Shown here: positions 13,470 through 24,900 of the stretch, piece after piece
How positions within the stretch are numbered: position 1 is the stretch's first letter
Layout of the letters: every line of letters begins with the position of its first letter
Assembly: GCA_002633005.1 (NCBI GenBank)
Contig: NMRA01000655.1
Span: forward strand, 31,599 to 95,598
From: Phoronis australis
Taxonomy: Eukaryota; Animalia; Phoronida
DNA length: 64,000 bases
Reading direction: 5' to 3'
The notes under the pieces: generated by a model
What the model was told of the DNA's origin: nothing
The model's database searches: none
Seen by the model: only the letters and a program-made list of their open reading frames with translations
Translations under genes and position numbers: made by a program

Positions 13470-15115
13470 CTCAAAACCATGTGCAGCCTATGCAGTCTAG
13501 TCGGAGTTACTTCCCTTGTTAGGTCATGCTTCATCCGCTCAGGTCGCACTGTTGCTCATAAGTGTGCCAAACTTTTTGTCTTGTGCATTCGGTGAGTACT
13601 CTCCAATCGACTTGTCGACCCTTCTTAGGAACTAAGGGTACTTGTAGAACTGCTCAGATTATCAAAACGTGTTCAATGCTTGGGTGTTTGTTTGCTGTGG
13701 GGTTGATACACTGACAGTTTCATCATAATTATTGTCAGAGTTTGTACAGGTAACATCAAACACACAGTGAATTACTGGCCATTGTGAGCCCTGGAGTACA
13801 GAAGCCTGCTAGGAAAATGTAAAAGTGACAGTTTAAGTAATTTTTTTTGAACTTCAAGAAACTTTTGCATAACAGTGTACTTTCTACACAGGTTAATGTG
13901 GAACTCCCCTGCCAAGGAAGCTGCCCCACTGTTTAATCGCAGTCTACTACAGTCCCTCCTGGTGTGCCTGCTTGGAGTTCTGGCTGCACGCTCTGCTGGT
14001 GCCGTGCGTTGGTTTTTCACTCTGCACAATCATGTGAAGAGCCTGGATATCGGTCAAACAGCTGAGGCATGCACTGTTTTACTGTCGGCCATGTTGACTG
14101 CTTATGCTGTACTCGAGTTGAGTATGAAGTGTGAGTTTGAGTGTGATTCGAGTCTGAGTACTGAGATTGGAGACCGGGCCCAGGTCAATCATCCCCACGA
14201 GTCACAAATATTAATTTGTAGTTTTGTCAAAATTATCTTAAAAGTCTTGAGGGGAATCCGTCAATTGTTATTCAATCCAAATGAGCAAAGAATAGCTACT
14301 GTAATGTTTTGTTACTACATTTTTGATGAAAAGATGAGATGATTATTTTTTTGGAAACTACCGCATCTTCACGGTATTTTTGTTTTGCAAATTAATTTTT
14401 TCTAGTATTAAGTAACTAACTAGAAATAATGGTGAAAATCAAAATTTAGTTACGTTTTTGTATTTAAATTCCTTTCGAGCATTCAACAATGACAATGCAA
14501 TTGATATACTTGACCAAATGTGAGGGTCAGTGCCCAGTTCAGACTGAGATTAGACTAGTATGATATCTCCTTCAAATACTTCCCGTTGTAATCGTGTACT
14601 ATATGTTTATTATTGTTTTTCCAGGTACCAACACTACGATGTCCTCTGTAGGTATCACGGGCATAACCTCATCGGGGGTCATGTCATTCATCAACCATGC
14701 CAACCTACCACCAGCAGCAAGTGCTGCCCGTGCTGCCCTTTCATCACTTTCCTCGGCAATGATGTCACCGGAACAACAGCTGCAGCAACTGCAGCTGAAG
14801 ACAACAACTCTGATACAGCAGCAAAAGGCAAAACTCGAACAGAAGCTGGCCGACTCGAAGGCAGCGGCCATCTTGTCATCTGGTTTGACGAGTCTGAGCA
14901 GCACCATGCCAGCCTATGCCTTGCATGACACATTGCCGTCGACACCCAAAAGTACACCGTTATTCATGACTCCGCCTGTTACTCCACCTAATGAGTCGCA
15001 GGTACTCGGACAACCTGTGGCTGCAGCACAGACGTTGCCATCGGTGCCTGAGGCTGTTGACCATCCACTGGACAATTCAATGACAATGAAATCATCAGAC
15101 AAATCAGCTGGAAAG
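13470..15115 (+). pseudogene. BIRC6: BIRC6 pseudogene, block B (exons 13470-13591, 13892-~14093 truncated, 14625-15115), from a more N-terminal part of the protein than block A
   Basis: LVRSCFIRSGRTVAHKCAKLFVLCI, AGAVRWFFTLHNHVKSLDIGQTAEACTVLLSAM and QQQKAKLEQKL...STPKSTPLFMTPPVTPPNE match remembered human BIRC6 AGRSIAHKCARFLALCI, GSVYWYFVLLNYVKDEDLAGCSTACASLLTAV and QQQKAKLEAKL...PTPKTTPLFMTPPLTPPNE. Similarity stops abruptly at ~14093. Confidence 0.88.
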
Positions 15116-15257
15116 GTGAGTTGAGGTCGCTGCAGTGTTAAACATCGCTTGTGAGAACATAAGAACGGAAATTCTTCAACTATTTATCATTATAAATACA
15201 AATTTATCGTACAGGGGAAATTTCATTTCTTCAAATTTCCATACATGTCAGAATCTT

Positions 15258-15660
15258 TAGTTGTATCCAACTAATCCCAATCTATCTCAACTTATCCTGC
15301 CAACGCCATGCCCTCTGTTGCCCTTCAACGTAGCTTAGTTGAAATTGGTTGTACCAACTAATCCCTAGTTGTATCCAACTAATCCCAATCTATCTCAACT
15401 TATCCTGCCAACGCCATGCCCTCTGTTGCCCTTCAACGTAGTTTAGTTGAAATTGGTTGTACCAACTAATCCCAAGTTATCTCCTGCCCGATTACCACCA
15501 CGCCCTCTGTCGTCCTTCAACATAGTTAAGATTAGTTGTACCATGGTGCCATCTGTTGAGCGTTGCTTGCCACACTACACCCTCTTATTTCCACCATCAC
15601 CTCAAATGGCCTATTCAACTAATTCAACTAATTCAACCAATTGTAGCGCCATCTGAAGTA
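15258..15660. repeat. Left subterminal ~108-bp tandem repeat of the KDZ element
   Basis: TAGTTGTATCCAACTAATCCCAATCTATCTCAACTTATCCTGCC... recurs at ~15259 and ~15367, then degenerates. Contains TCAACTAATTCAACTAAT, the reverse complement of the right-end array core. Confidence 0.8.
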
Positions 15661-15665
15661 TTACT

Positions 15666-16270
15666 AGCATTGCAATTGTGCTGAGATATGTTGTCAAACG
15701 TTAACGATTATCGTGTTGCCATCTGTTGTCAGAAGTTCAATCTACTTCAATTTATCCTCATCGTAGAGCAATCTTGGTGCTTTGTGTACTTAAATTTTTC
15801 ATAAATAAACGTTTTTGCTAAGATGAAAAAGCATAACAAAGACTTGATTCGGCATTGACACAAATATTTTTTTGTATTCTTATATTTATCTAAACTAAGC
15901 GTTTGTGCATAGCATTGCAATTGTGCTGATATATGTTGTCAAACGTTAACGGCTATCGTGTTGCCATCTGTTGTCAGAAGTTTACTTGAATCTACTCCAA
16001 CTTATCCTCATCGTAGAGCAATCTTGGTGCTTTGTGTACTTAAATTTTTCACAAATAAACGTTTTTGCAAAGATGAAAAAACAACCAAAGTCAACAGATA
16101 GGCTAAGTATAACTAACCCGCCAAGTATAACCCAGGAAGAGTTTTGTATAATTAACCCGCTAAGTATAACCCAAGAAATGTTTTTTGTTATGGCAATTAA
16201 AGTCAACAGATAGGCCAAGTATAATTAACCCGCCAAGTATAACCCAAAAAGAGTTTTTGGTTAAGGCAAT
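15666..16270. repeat. Direct duplication (~15666-15835 / 15909-16080) plus short AAGTATAACCC/TAACCCGCC repeats
   Basis: TAGCATTGCAATTGTGCTGA...AAACGTTTTTGC occurs twice; AAGTATAA(C/T)(T/C)AACCCG is reiterated at 16105-16245. Confidence 0.75.
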
Positions 16271-17138
16271 TTTTTATTTGATATAGCTGAAATACATACC
16301 AGAATACTTTCTTACACATCGCCTACCCGTTCTATAATGAATACCGTAATAGAAATTACCAAAACAAATCAAAATAACGTGATCATTCACAACATAAGTG
16401 TATGGCAATCTCGCTTACCCGTTATTTAGTGCGTGATCATTCACAACATACATTTTTGTAAGTGTCTGGCAACCTCGCTTACCCGTTATTTAGTGAATGT
16501 ACACAGAATATCAAAAACTGTCAAAAGAATTCAAAATACTATAATAAATGTACTAAACGTTTTCACATTAAGTGATGATAAAATCTAACAAGAATTAGGA
16601 AAAACCAACAATTTCGAGTAACATCTCTGCATATCATTCATTTACTACAAAGTGCATGAGTAAGCATTCATCGCATTTTTATTGTCTATCAAATAAACAA
16701 CAGTGTGAATGAACAAATTAAATAAACCACTAGCGGCAAAGCCTCTCCCCAAAAACGAAACCAGTTTCATTGCTACATATCACCCAGTTACTGCGACATA
16801 TACAAAAACCAATTCTGTATTAGCAAATCGATAGTAATAAACATTGTGAATGAAAATGGTTTAACCAAAAATCAACTTAAACACTTCTAATAACTGAATA
16901 TGAAGCTAGCGCTGAAAATATACATGCCATCAAACGGTAATCTAAACATTAAATTAAAGAATCTTGCAACACCTCGCAGATCGTGATCGTAATATGAGAT
17001 AAATGGGGCGATGACTTAATCATAAATATCACTAGTATAATGTCACTAAATGAGGAAACAATATGGCTGACAAATGAATTGAACTTATACAAATTTTACG
17101 TAAAACACGTCTACCAAAAGTGGATTAATTCATGACGC

Positions 17139-17537
17139 CTACAGATGCACAGAGGTACTGGCCTCCGCAGCAGTGGGCGACGTCCCATCCTCATCAGCCT
17201 CAAATAGGCGCCTCTTCGCAGGCCTAGCTGGCGTATCTGCTACTGATGTACTGTACTCAGCCCACCCAACACCATATGTCTCCAGTTTCGACCGAAACTC
17301 CTCCGCCTCTTCCAGATCATCTGGTAGAGGCCTCTTTACAAAAGTCACCGAAACCTTGTTGTTATATTGGCTTGGTTGCAGTTTCAGTTCACCGAGCTCT
17401 TCCGCCGCCAATCTTTCCATCATCGCCCTGTAGGTTGACGACGTAAGGCCCCTTTTTTTCTTCCGCAAAATCTGCGTCATGCTGAATGATGGCGCTGGGT
17501 ACAACAGTAATGCTCGTGCACACGCCATGTCCGTTTG
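17139..17537 (-). pseudogene. Putative C-terminal exon (winged-helix-like) of a DUF3987-type NTPase cargo gene
   Basis: ALLLYPAPSFSMTQIL...MERLAAEELGELKL...VTFVKRPLPDD...FRSKLETYGVGWAEY resembles the C-termini of metazoan DUF3987 proteins as I recall them. The 5' side is cut at a repeat junction (17538). Confidence 0.5.
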
Positions 17538-18196
17538 GAAACCCATCTCCCGGTATCAAGGTTCTGGTGCAAGGAAATCTAGAAAAACATCTAGTTTTTT
17601 GATACCTTCTTTTCTCATTCAAATAAAAATGTTACTGCATAAAATCAATATATAATTTCATTTCATTAACGATTTACTACAATCACAAGAACAGGTGAAA
17701 CCACTTTGAGATGTTTAAACATTTTTCAGAGACAAGGAAGCGCTAGCATATTGCTTAAAATAGCATTCAGAAGTACCATAAGTTAAAATCCATTTCTGCT
17801 GTCACAAACTTTGATCTCGGTTGCTGTGGAAGCACAGATTTCGTTTATTTTTATATTTACATGTATGTATTGCACACAAGAACCCTGGTATCCGTGATTG
17901 AAACTTTACTTTAGTTGTAGAACCTTTTCTACTTCAAGCCTTTTTCTTCTCTGTTATATCTCTTTTAAAGAATGAGCTATCTGATAATTGAGAGTTTGGC
18001 CTATCAGCGGTATTTAAAGGGATCAATTAATTATTGTATCCTTTAAATAGTTTGCATACGCCCAGGTTATGTTTTGCTCAGGTAGACCAGGACAGGAACT
18101 CGATGTGTTTAAGGTAACTTTCGCGGTGATGACAGAACCAAGCATCTCAGAAAGAATAATGATGATATAGTTGACAATTTTAATGACTAACAAAAT
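17538..18196. repeat. ~660-bp near-identical duplicate of 22248-22905, ending at a single N
   Basis: AAACCCATCTCCCGGTATCAAGG...TAATGACTAACAAAAT is present at both positions. Confidence 0.9.
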
Positions 18197-18197
18197 N

Positions 18198-18640
18198 TTC
18201 TATGGGTCTACGGTCCAAGGTAGTATACAAATTTATCTGTGCTGGATGTGGCTCCAGTTATATAGGCGAAACTGCTCGCCATTTGAAAACCAGGACCAAG
18301 GAACATCTAAATTCTGACAGTAATTCACATGTAAATATTCACCTGCAAAGCTCCAATCATTGTTATCAGCAGTGCTCTTTCAATGACTTTGAAATAATAG
18401 ACCAGGCAGTAACAACAAAGGAGCTTAAAATTCGTGAGGCTTTACATATCAGTTGGTGCAAGCCCAATCTCGATAGGCAACTGACACACCACAGGTTGTC
18501 ATTGTTGGTCTAGTTCATTGTCACTCCCTGTAACTGACTGTATCTGTGCTTCATTACTTGTTGCTGGGCCTAGCTAGGTGGCCACTGTATTATGACTTCT
18601 GAGGATGATGTTTAATAAATGTCACCGAAACATGTCAAGT
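18198..18640 (+). mobile_element. Second Penelope-like GIY-YIG 3' fragment
   Basis: ORF 18202-18513 is nearly identical to 12817-13128 (VVYKFICAGCGSSYIGETARHLKTRTKEH). Confidence 0.9.
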
Positions 18641-19540
18641 TTTAAAACCGTTGTTGTTTTCGTGAACATATGCTGTTACTTGCTATCATGGAGTAATAAA
18701 AATTTCCGTTCCTCTAATTTTTTGATGAAGAATGTATTTTCCTGAAAATACGTTTTTGCATAATCTTGGGTAATTCAGTATCACACCTTTCTGCACGAAA
18801 TCATACATATTTAATCTCAATTTGAGAGTAAAGGGTGTTTCTCGCATGTAAGAAAAAACTACACAAACAGCCTCACCAGTTTGACAAAAACAATTCGGGA
18901 AAACGAAAATACTCAAACCCGACCAATAAGTGTAGGGTTCCGGTTCTCATTTGATAATCAACAACGGACCTAATAGGCAAAGTTAGGTCTAACCGCACAA
19001 ATGGCTAAACTTCAAAAACATACTTCGCCAAAATATAAACGGCATTCCAACAGTGGATGTGCAGCCACAGCACGGCTTCTTGTGCTGGCTACCGTAATTC
19101 GAATCAGCATCCTCTGTCTGCACTTACTGTACATGTAGCTAAGCGATTCCCAACAAACCAGTCTAATAATGGCCTGTTACATTATCGTACAAAATCGATC
19201 CCAAGTAATACACTTAACCGAAAATGGGGGTCATATTTTAGTCTCACTCAAAAAAGCAGCACCGAACTGACATTTTTCTTATACCTTTTTGAAAGTCTAT
19301 GTGTGGGCTATCTCACCGTTTTCAATACACATTTCTATCCACGTTTTGAGAATAACGAACTCGCCTAAGCATTGTTGCTAACCGTAATCAAGCCAAACTT
19401 GTAGGGAAAATCATGTCTTGCTTAAAACTTAAATTGTAGCTTGGGCAATTTGTATTGTCATGGAAAAACAACAAGTTCTCAACTATAAAAAAAGCATTTC
19501 AAAAAGGATACACAATGAAAATGAATTTTCAAATACTTAC

Positions 19541-19774
19541 GGACAGTGCCGCTGACTTGTTGGATCCCGTCTGACCGGCCAGCATAGAGAAGACTGTTAA
19601 AGGTTGCTCAAATTTCTTCCACATGAACACGCTGGATTGCTTGGTGAAGTGCGCAACGGCCGCCAGAAAAGCTGGTAGAACGAACTGTGGACAAACGCTA
19701 TTGCTCTCAGCAGCGTTGGTTATAACCGCAGCCAATAGCGGAGTTGCAACCGAATCGATTTCACGATTGCGCAT
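19541..19774 (-). CDS. First coding exon of a DUF3987 (YfjI-like) P-loop NTPase/helicase-like cargo gene
   Basis: MRNREID...AAESNSVCPQFVLPAFLAAVAHF...FEQPLTVFSMLAGQTGSNKSAALS: Walker-A-like GxxGSxKS in the DUF3987 context, ending at a canonical GTAAGT donor. Confidence 0.65.
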
Positions 19775-21370
19775 GTCCGGAAATTAGGGTGCGCAAAGGC
19801 TATTGGGATTGATAAGGGTAAATGGAATGGCCGATTGGTTTGCACGACGTGTGATTTGTGTGCATTAAACTACGCTGATGTGTGCAATTCTGCCGCTATT
19901 CGCCCTAATAAGCGCCCATGCCCCAACAAGTGCCCCAACGCGTTTTCAGACTTTGCTAACGTAAGCGCCCAGCCCATGAACTACATGCGAAAAATGCCCT
20001 TACCTACAGTTCTAACGTCTCCAATTTATCAATTGAAAGATCCGACAGTCCTGAATTTGTAGACCACGAGCCTCACCGTTATGTCCGTATACACTTCAAA
20101 CTTACGCCGCGATTCAAAAAGAACGCAGAAGTTTTGCTGCTCTTGCGAGGGATGTGCCCCACTACGCGGGTGGGGACTTTGAAAAGAGATGCAGCGTAAT
20201 TCAGTGTCAGCGGCCTTGCATTGTTTCTTTCCGGTACAGATCCTCACCGGCCTCAACAGGAATCCAAACTTCTTTGTACACGTGAAAACCGTGAATCGAA
20301 GACTAATAAAAAAATCGACCAGTGTTAGCACGCGGCCAAGAAGCGCGAGCTGCATAATGTACCGGCTGTCGGCATCGAAGACATTTAGTCGGGAACTATC
20401 TATTCATGAAACGGGTAACAAAGCATCGGCAAATAATTATTGGCACTAATTTCCGAAAGTTTCTAATACCGTAAAAAACTTTTGCATTTTTGTGAAGAGA
20501 AATTATTTAACTAATCGTAATTGGTGTTTTTAAGGTCAAAATGACCCACTTCGCACCCTCACACCCCAAATCTTCCGGAAAATAGCTGTTACACTACGGT
20601 CACGCATCCACTCACCCGGCGACTCAATGAGTGACATATCGGTCTTACCGAAAAAATTCTCGAACGTTTTTTAGCAGATGAGGCCAGCAAGTGCTGAGCT
20701 AAATATTAAAACACGCTCTGCTTGACTGCTTGACTTAATTTCTTTGGATACAATGCACACCTAGATCATTACATTACTCTGGCAAAAGAACTCTGATGAC
20801 CATCATACGCACGCTTACTGTCACACACACGCATACAAACCTCAAAACAAACGTCATGTGACAACAACATGTGTGTTCCTCCAGAGATTTTTATCGTGTT
20901 GCGTGCTACAATCTAGCGCAGATTTGGACTTAATCTGCAGTTAATCCAGACTCCACAAGAACTTAAAAACCTTAGAGATGCTATTGGGAAAACTTGAGGA
21001 GGATTTCAGGTAATTTGTTGAGTCGAAGCTGTATTCTTATTCAAGAATTCAAGTCCTATCGACGATTGCGAGACCGGCAGCTACGCATTTCTCGGCAAGA
21101 TTTCGCCCTGGGACTTCCAACACAATTTTATGAAAAATGATCGTAATTTAACAACGAATTTTGATAGCAATGCACCACAATTTTGTAGAAAGTAAATCAT
21201 AATATTCTGCACGCTTTATCCTAGCATACATATAGTGAGCGTACGTTACGTGTGTTGACCCAGAACAGGTGATTGTGCAGAGGCATTATCCTCAAAATTG
21301 CTCATGTTGGCTTGGTTCTGGTCAAGCGAAAACAAGTTTTTTTCACTACCAGCCGCCGTAGAGTGATTTG

Positions 21371-21724
21371 TTACTGTTTCTTTGAAGGGAGATATTGTTG
21401 GGCAGTTTCCAAGATACGTTTTCTTGCCGCCCTCAAAATGAGCGCTGCATGCTTTATGCTACCAAGTCGGAAAGAATTCACGAAGTCGGCCTTTGCTACC
21501 AGGTCTACTAAAGTCTCTGACCCATGTTTAACGCAGTTCTTGATCCTTGGGAAACAGGTAGTAATTAATTTTTTTAACTCGCTAACTGGTATTATAGCAT
21601 GCCAGGCACACAACACGTATAACCTCCCTGTGGCCGGTTCGCCCCCACGCTTGCCGACGTACTTGTTTACCGGCTTAACCACAATGCAACATTCTGACCC
21701 ATTTCCAATATGGCGGCGTTGCAA
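21371..21724 (-). CDS. Orphan 117-aa ORF inside the KDZ element
   Basis: Open, amphipathic, protein-like sequence (LYVLCAWHAIIPVSELKKLITTCFPRIK). No family recognised and the start codon is uncertain. Confidence 0.3.
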   Translation of the reverse strand: MQRRHIGNGSECCIVVKPVNKYVGKRGGEPATGRLYVLCAWHAIIPVSELKKLITTCFPRIKNCVKHGSETLVDLVAKADFVNSFRLGSIKHAALILRAARKRILETAQQYLPSKKQ

Positions 21725-23266
21725 CTCCGCTATTCGTCAGAGAGCAAAGCACTCATATGAACAGATTCGGATTGGTCAAAACACTGCTTCATTCTCGTCT
21801 CAAAATCGCATTTAGCAATCGAAGACATGATGATGACGGCAAGGTCAGCTGATTTCAAACCATGTATAAAGGGGACACGGGCGCGTGTACCCTTTTATAT
21901 CCAAATCTCCACGAACGGTCAGCCAATAGCCACGAGCTTCTGAACGCCAAACATTTTAGAATTCTGTACCGGCACAAGATTGGTTATGGGGATTCGCCTG
22001 CTATATGCACGTTCAGTGCTGCCAGTATTGACAACATCTAAACCTAGTTTTACTGCCTTACTAGATACTCCTCAAAATATGAAGACAATTTTCATTTACG
22101 ATTAAAAAGTCCCTTTCCGAAAGCAGTGTTTTTCATTTTGGGCATTCTATATACCAAAGCCACTAATACCAACACAACAGAACAACGACCCTCAGACAGG
22201 ATTTAAGTTAGACACCCCGAGCTCCTAAAATATAGCGTTTTGTGCACAAACCCATCTCCCGGTATCAAGGTTCTGGTGCAAGGAAATCTAAAAAAAACTA
22301 GTTTTTTTGATACCTTCTTTTCTCAATCAAATAAAAATGTTACTGCATAAAATCAATATATAACTTCATTTCATTAACGATTTACTACAATCACAAGAAC
22401 AGGTGAAACCACTTTGAGTTATGTTTAAACATTTTTCAGAGACAAGGAAGCGCTAGCATATTGCTTAAATAGCATTCAGAAGTACCCTAAGTTAAAATCC
22501 ATTTCTGCTGTCACAAACTTTGATCTCGGTTGCTTTGAAAGCACAGATTTCGTTTATTTTTATATTTACATGTATGTATTGCACACAAGAACCCTGGTAT
22601 CCGTGATTGAAACTTTACTTTAGTTGTAGAACCTTTTCTACTTCAAGCCTTTTTCTTCTCTGTTATATCTCTTTTAAAGAATGAGCTATCTGATAATTGA
22701 GAGTTTGGCCTATCAGCGGTAATTAAAGGGATCAATTAACTATTGTATCCTTTAAATAGTTTGCATACGCCCAGGTTATGTTTTGCTCAGGTAGACCAGG
22801 ACAGGAACTCGATGTGTTTAAGGTAACGTTCGCGGTGATGACAGAATCAAGCATCTCAGAAAGAATAATGATGATATAGTTGACAATTTTAATGACTAAC
22901 AAAATAGCGTTTCAAGTCAAGCGGGCCTCCTCACATAAATTGTCCACTCTATATAAACCATATGTTTTGCCAACATGTGGCTGAATAATCGTCTTATTGA
23001 CTGCCATGTTTGTATTCACCAAAACATAGAACATTGTCTGTATCACGCTATATTTCCGTAGTTTGTGATAACTACATACTGGCTTGACTTCCGCAATGAA
23101 TCCGATTGCCCATTACAAACATGCGGCAATGTAAAATTCCACCAAGAGCATTAATAGGTTCATTTCCGAGAAGTTGCACTTGTGATACAGCAATTCAACT
23201 TTAGCTGGGTTGAATACCGTCAAGTCGGCACATCGCTTAATTTCAGTATTGAAGACCGCTCGCAAT

Positions 23267-23597
23267 ATGAGTCCAGCTGAGGTGCATCAGAAGTGGGTGC
23301 TAATCCAGGAGCTGATAGGACCAGCAACAGAATATCCTAAGAAAATTGGAACGACTTTCTGGAAAAAAAACCTCACATTTTGAGCGAGTGAAATTAGCTG
23401 CGTTCGTTTATGTTAACGGCTTGCCACCATTGTTGTTTTCGGATTGGAATCACCTTATACTTGAACAAACCGAGCACCTCAACCATTATCAGAGACTGCT
23501 TTCATATTTCGAACAAGGGAAGAATTACAGAATTTACGCGTGGAATGTTAGCATGAGGCAGTATGAATGGTTAGATGGAACGCCAAAATTTTACTAA
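23267..23597 (+). pseudogene. ~109-aa intronless ORF, primase large-subunit C-terminal/PriX-like helical domain (tentative); one frameshift in an A8 run
   Basis: MSPAEVHQKWVLIQELIGPATEYPKKIGTTFWKK + (shift at 23363-23370) SHFERVKLAAFVYVNGLPPLLFSDW...YRIYAWNVSMRQYEWLDG. The pattern P..I...F....H..R..L..F...NG resembles the PriL CTD. Confidence 0.45.
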
Positions 23598-24900
23598 ACC
23601 TTACGAGTGGACCTTAAAAGTAAGTATTGTCGTTCACTAACATCCCCGAAAGCCGGTAATTGCTAACACTAACTTGCAAAAAATTTCTGAAATTGACCTA
23701 TGCTCCTATAGTTAGGTACACAGTGAAAAAGCTGTTAGCAATATCGTTGTTAGACGGTGATAACATAACTGATGTTTCCTGCATAATGTGATTTTTCTTG
23801 ATTTTAAGAGGGAACAACATGTTTCTTGATTCAGTTCTGGATCCTGCACGTTGTATTTCATATTACAAAAAAATATCCTTTAAATGTGTGAATGGTGACA
23901 TGCCAATACTTTTTACATTATAACGCAAATACATTCAACACTATTTATCAATTTTCAGAGCGTCATGGAACATCCGCTGTCGAAATCTACCCAATGTCAG
24001 AAAAAGGCCTGGGAAATGGTTAAAGAATGGCACTGAAAGATTAATGCGTGTGTTACAAACTGAAGTGTGCGTTGCAAATCAGTGAAATTTCATTAACTAA
24101 ATTTGTTTGTGCAGGATCGTACCAGGAAATGATTTACATTATTATGCGCAATGCCAAGGCTCAGGAGAAGCTGTGCATTGTTTTATCCTACACCAGCCCA
24201 CTGATGTCACATTCTCTCAGACACTTGTCTCCAGCACAACCGCCCTTCAATCACCTCCCGAGGTGGTCCGTGAACTTGCACTCCTTTCTTTAATTTTACC
24301 AGTTCTTATCGGTTGCGTCACAATGGACTGAATTCTCTTTCGAATGTACATGACGTTGTAAAGTTTCCGGTTATCAACACACAGGAAATAAAAGTTGAAT
24401 TAAGTTTAGATTGTAATAGATTGCCTTGTATTAACATAATGAAGATATGACAATGTTAACTGTTACACTAATCGCACTTCATAGACTTCAACATAAATAT
24501 AACAACTTCATTAAAAGAAAAAAAACTCTTTTTAAGATGAACTCCATTTGACATAATTTATATCTTTTAGGATGGAACAAAAGAAATATTCGCTACAGAA
24601 GTAGGCCTATATTGACCCAATACAATGATTGCAATGTGGAAACGATATCTTATATTTTCTTTTTAATAGGAAAAAAACAATTTATTACTGTGGACAAATG
24701 CTTTTTAAACTTCCAATTTCAACTCCCGTCACTTGGTAGTCTTTGTTATACCCGAGTTATTAAACATGTTATGTCCAGCCACATAAGGACGCTGCGGCCA
24801 CTTGAGGGCGCTGCTAGGACATTCCTAGTACCAACGTCGCCTTATTGGTTCCGCGAGGCAACAAAGCAACGTGCTTCACGGCAGACCCTTATCAGCAATC

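Noticed and set aside
14560-15102. Overlapping alternative-frame and antisense ORFs
   Set aside because: Shadows of the low-complexity BIRC6 exon 14625-15115.
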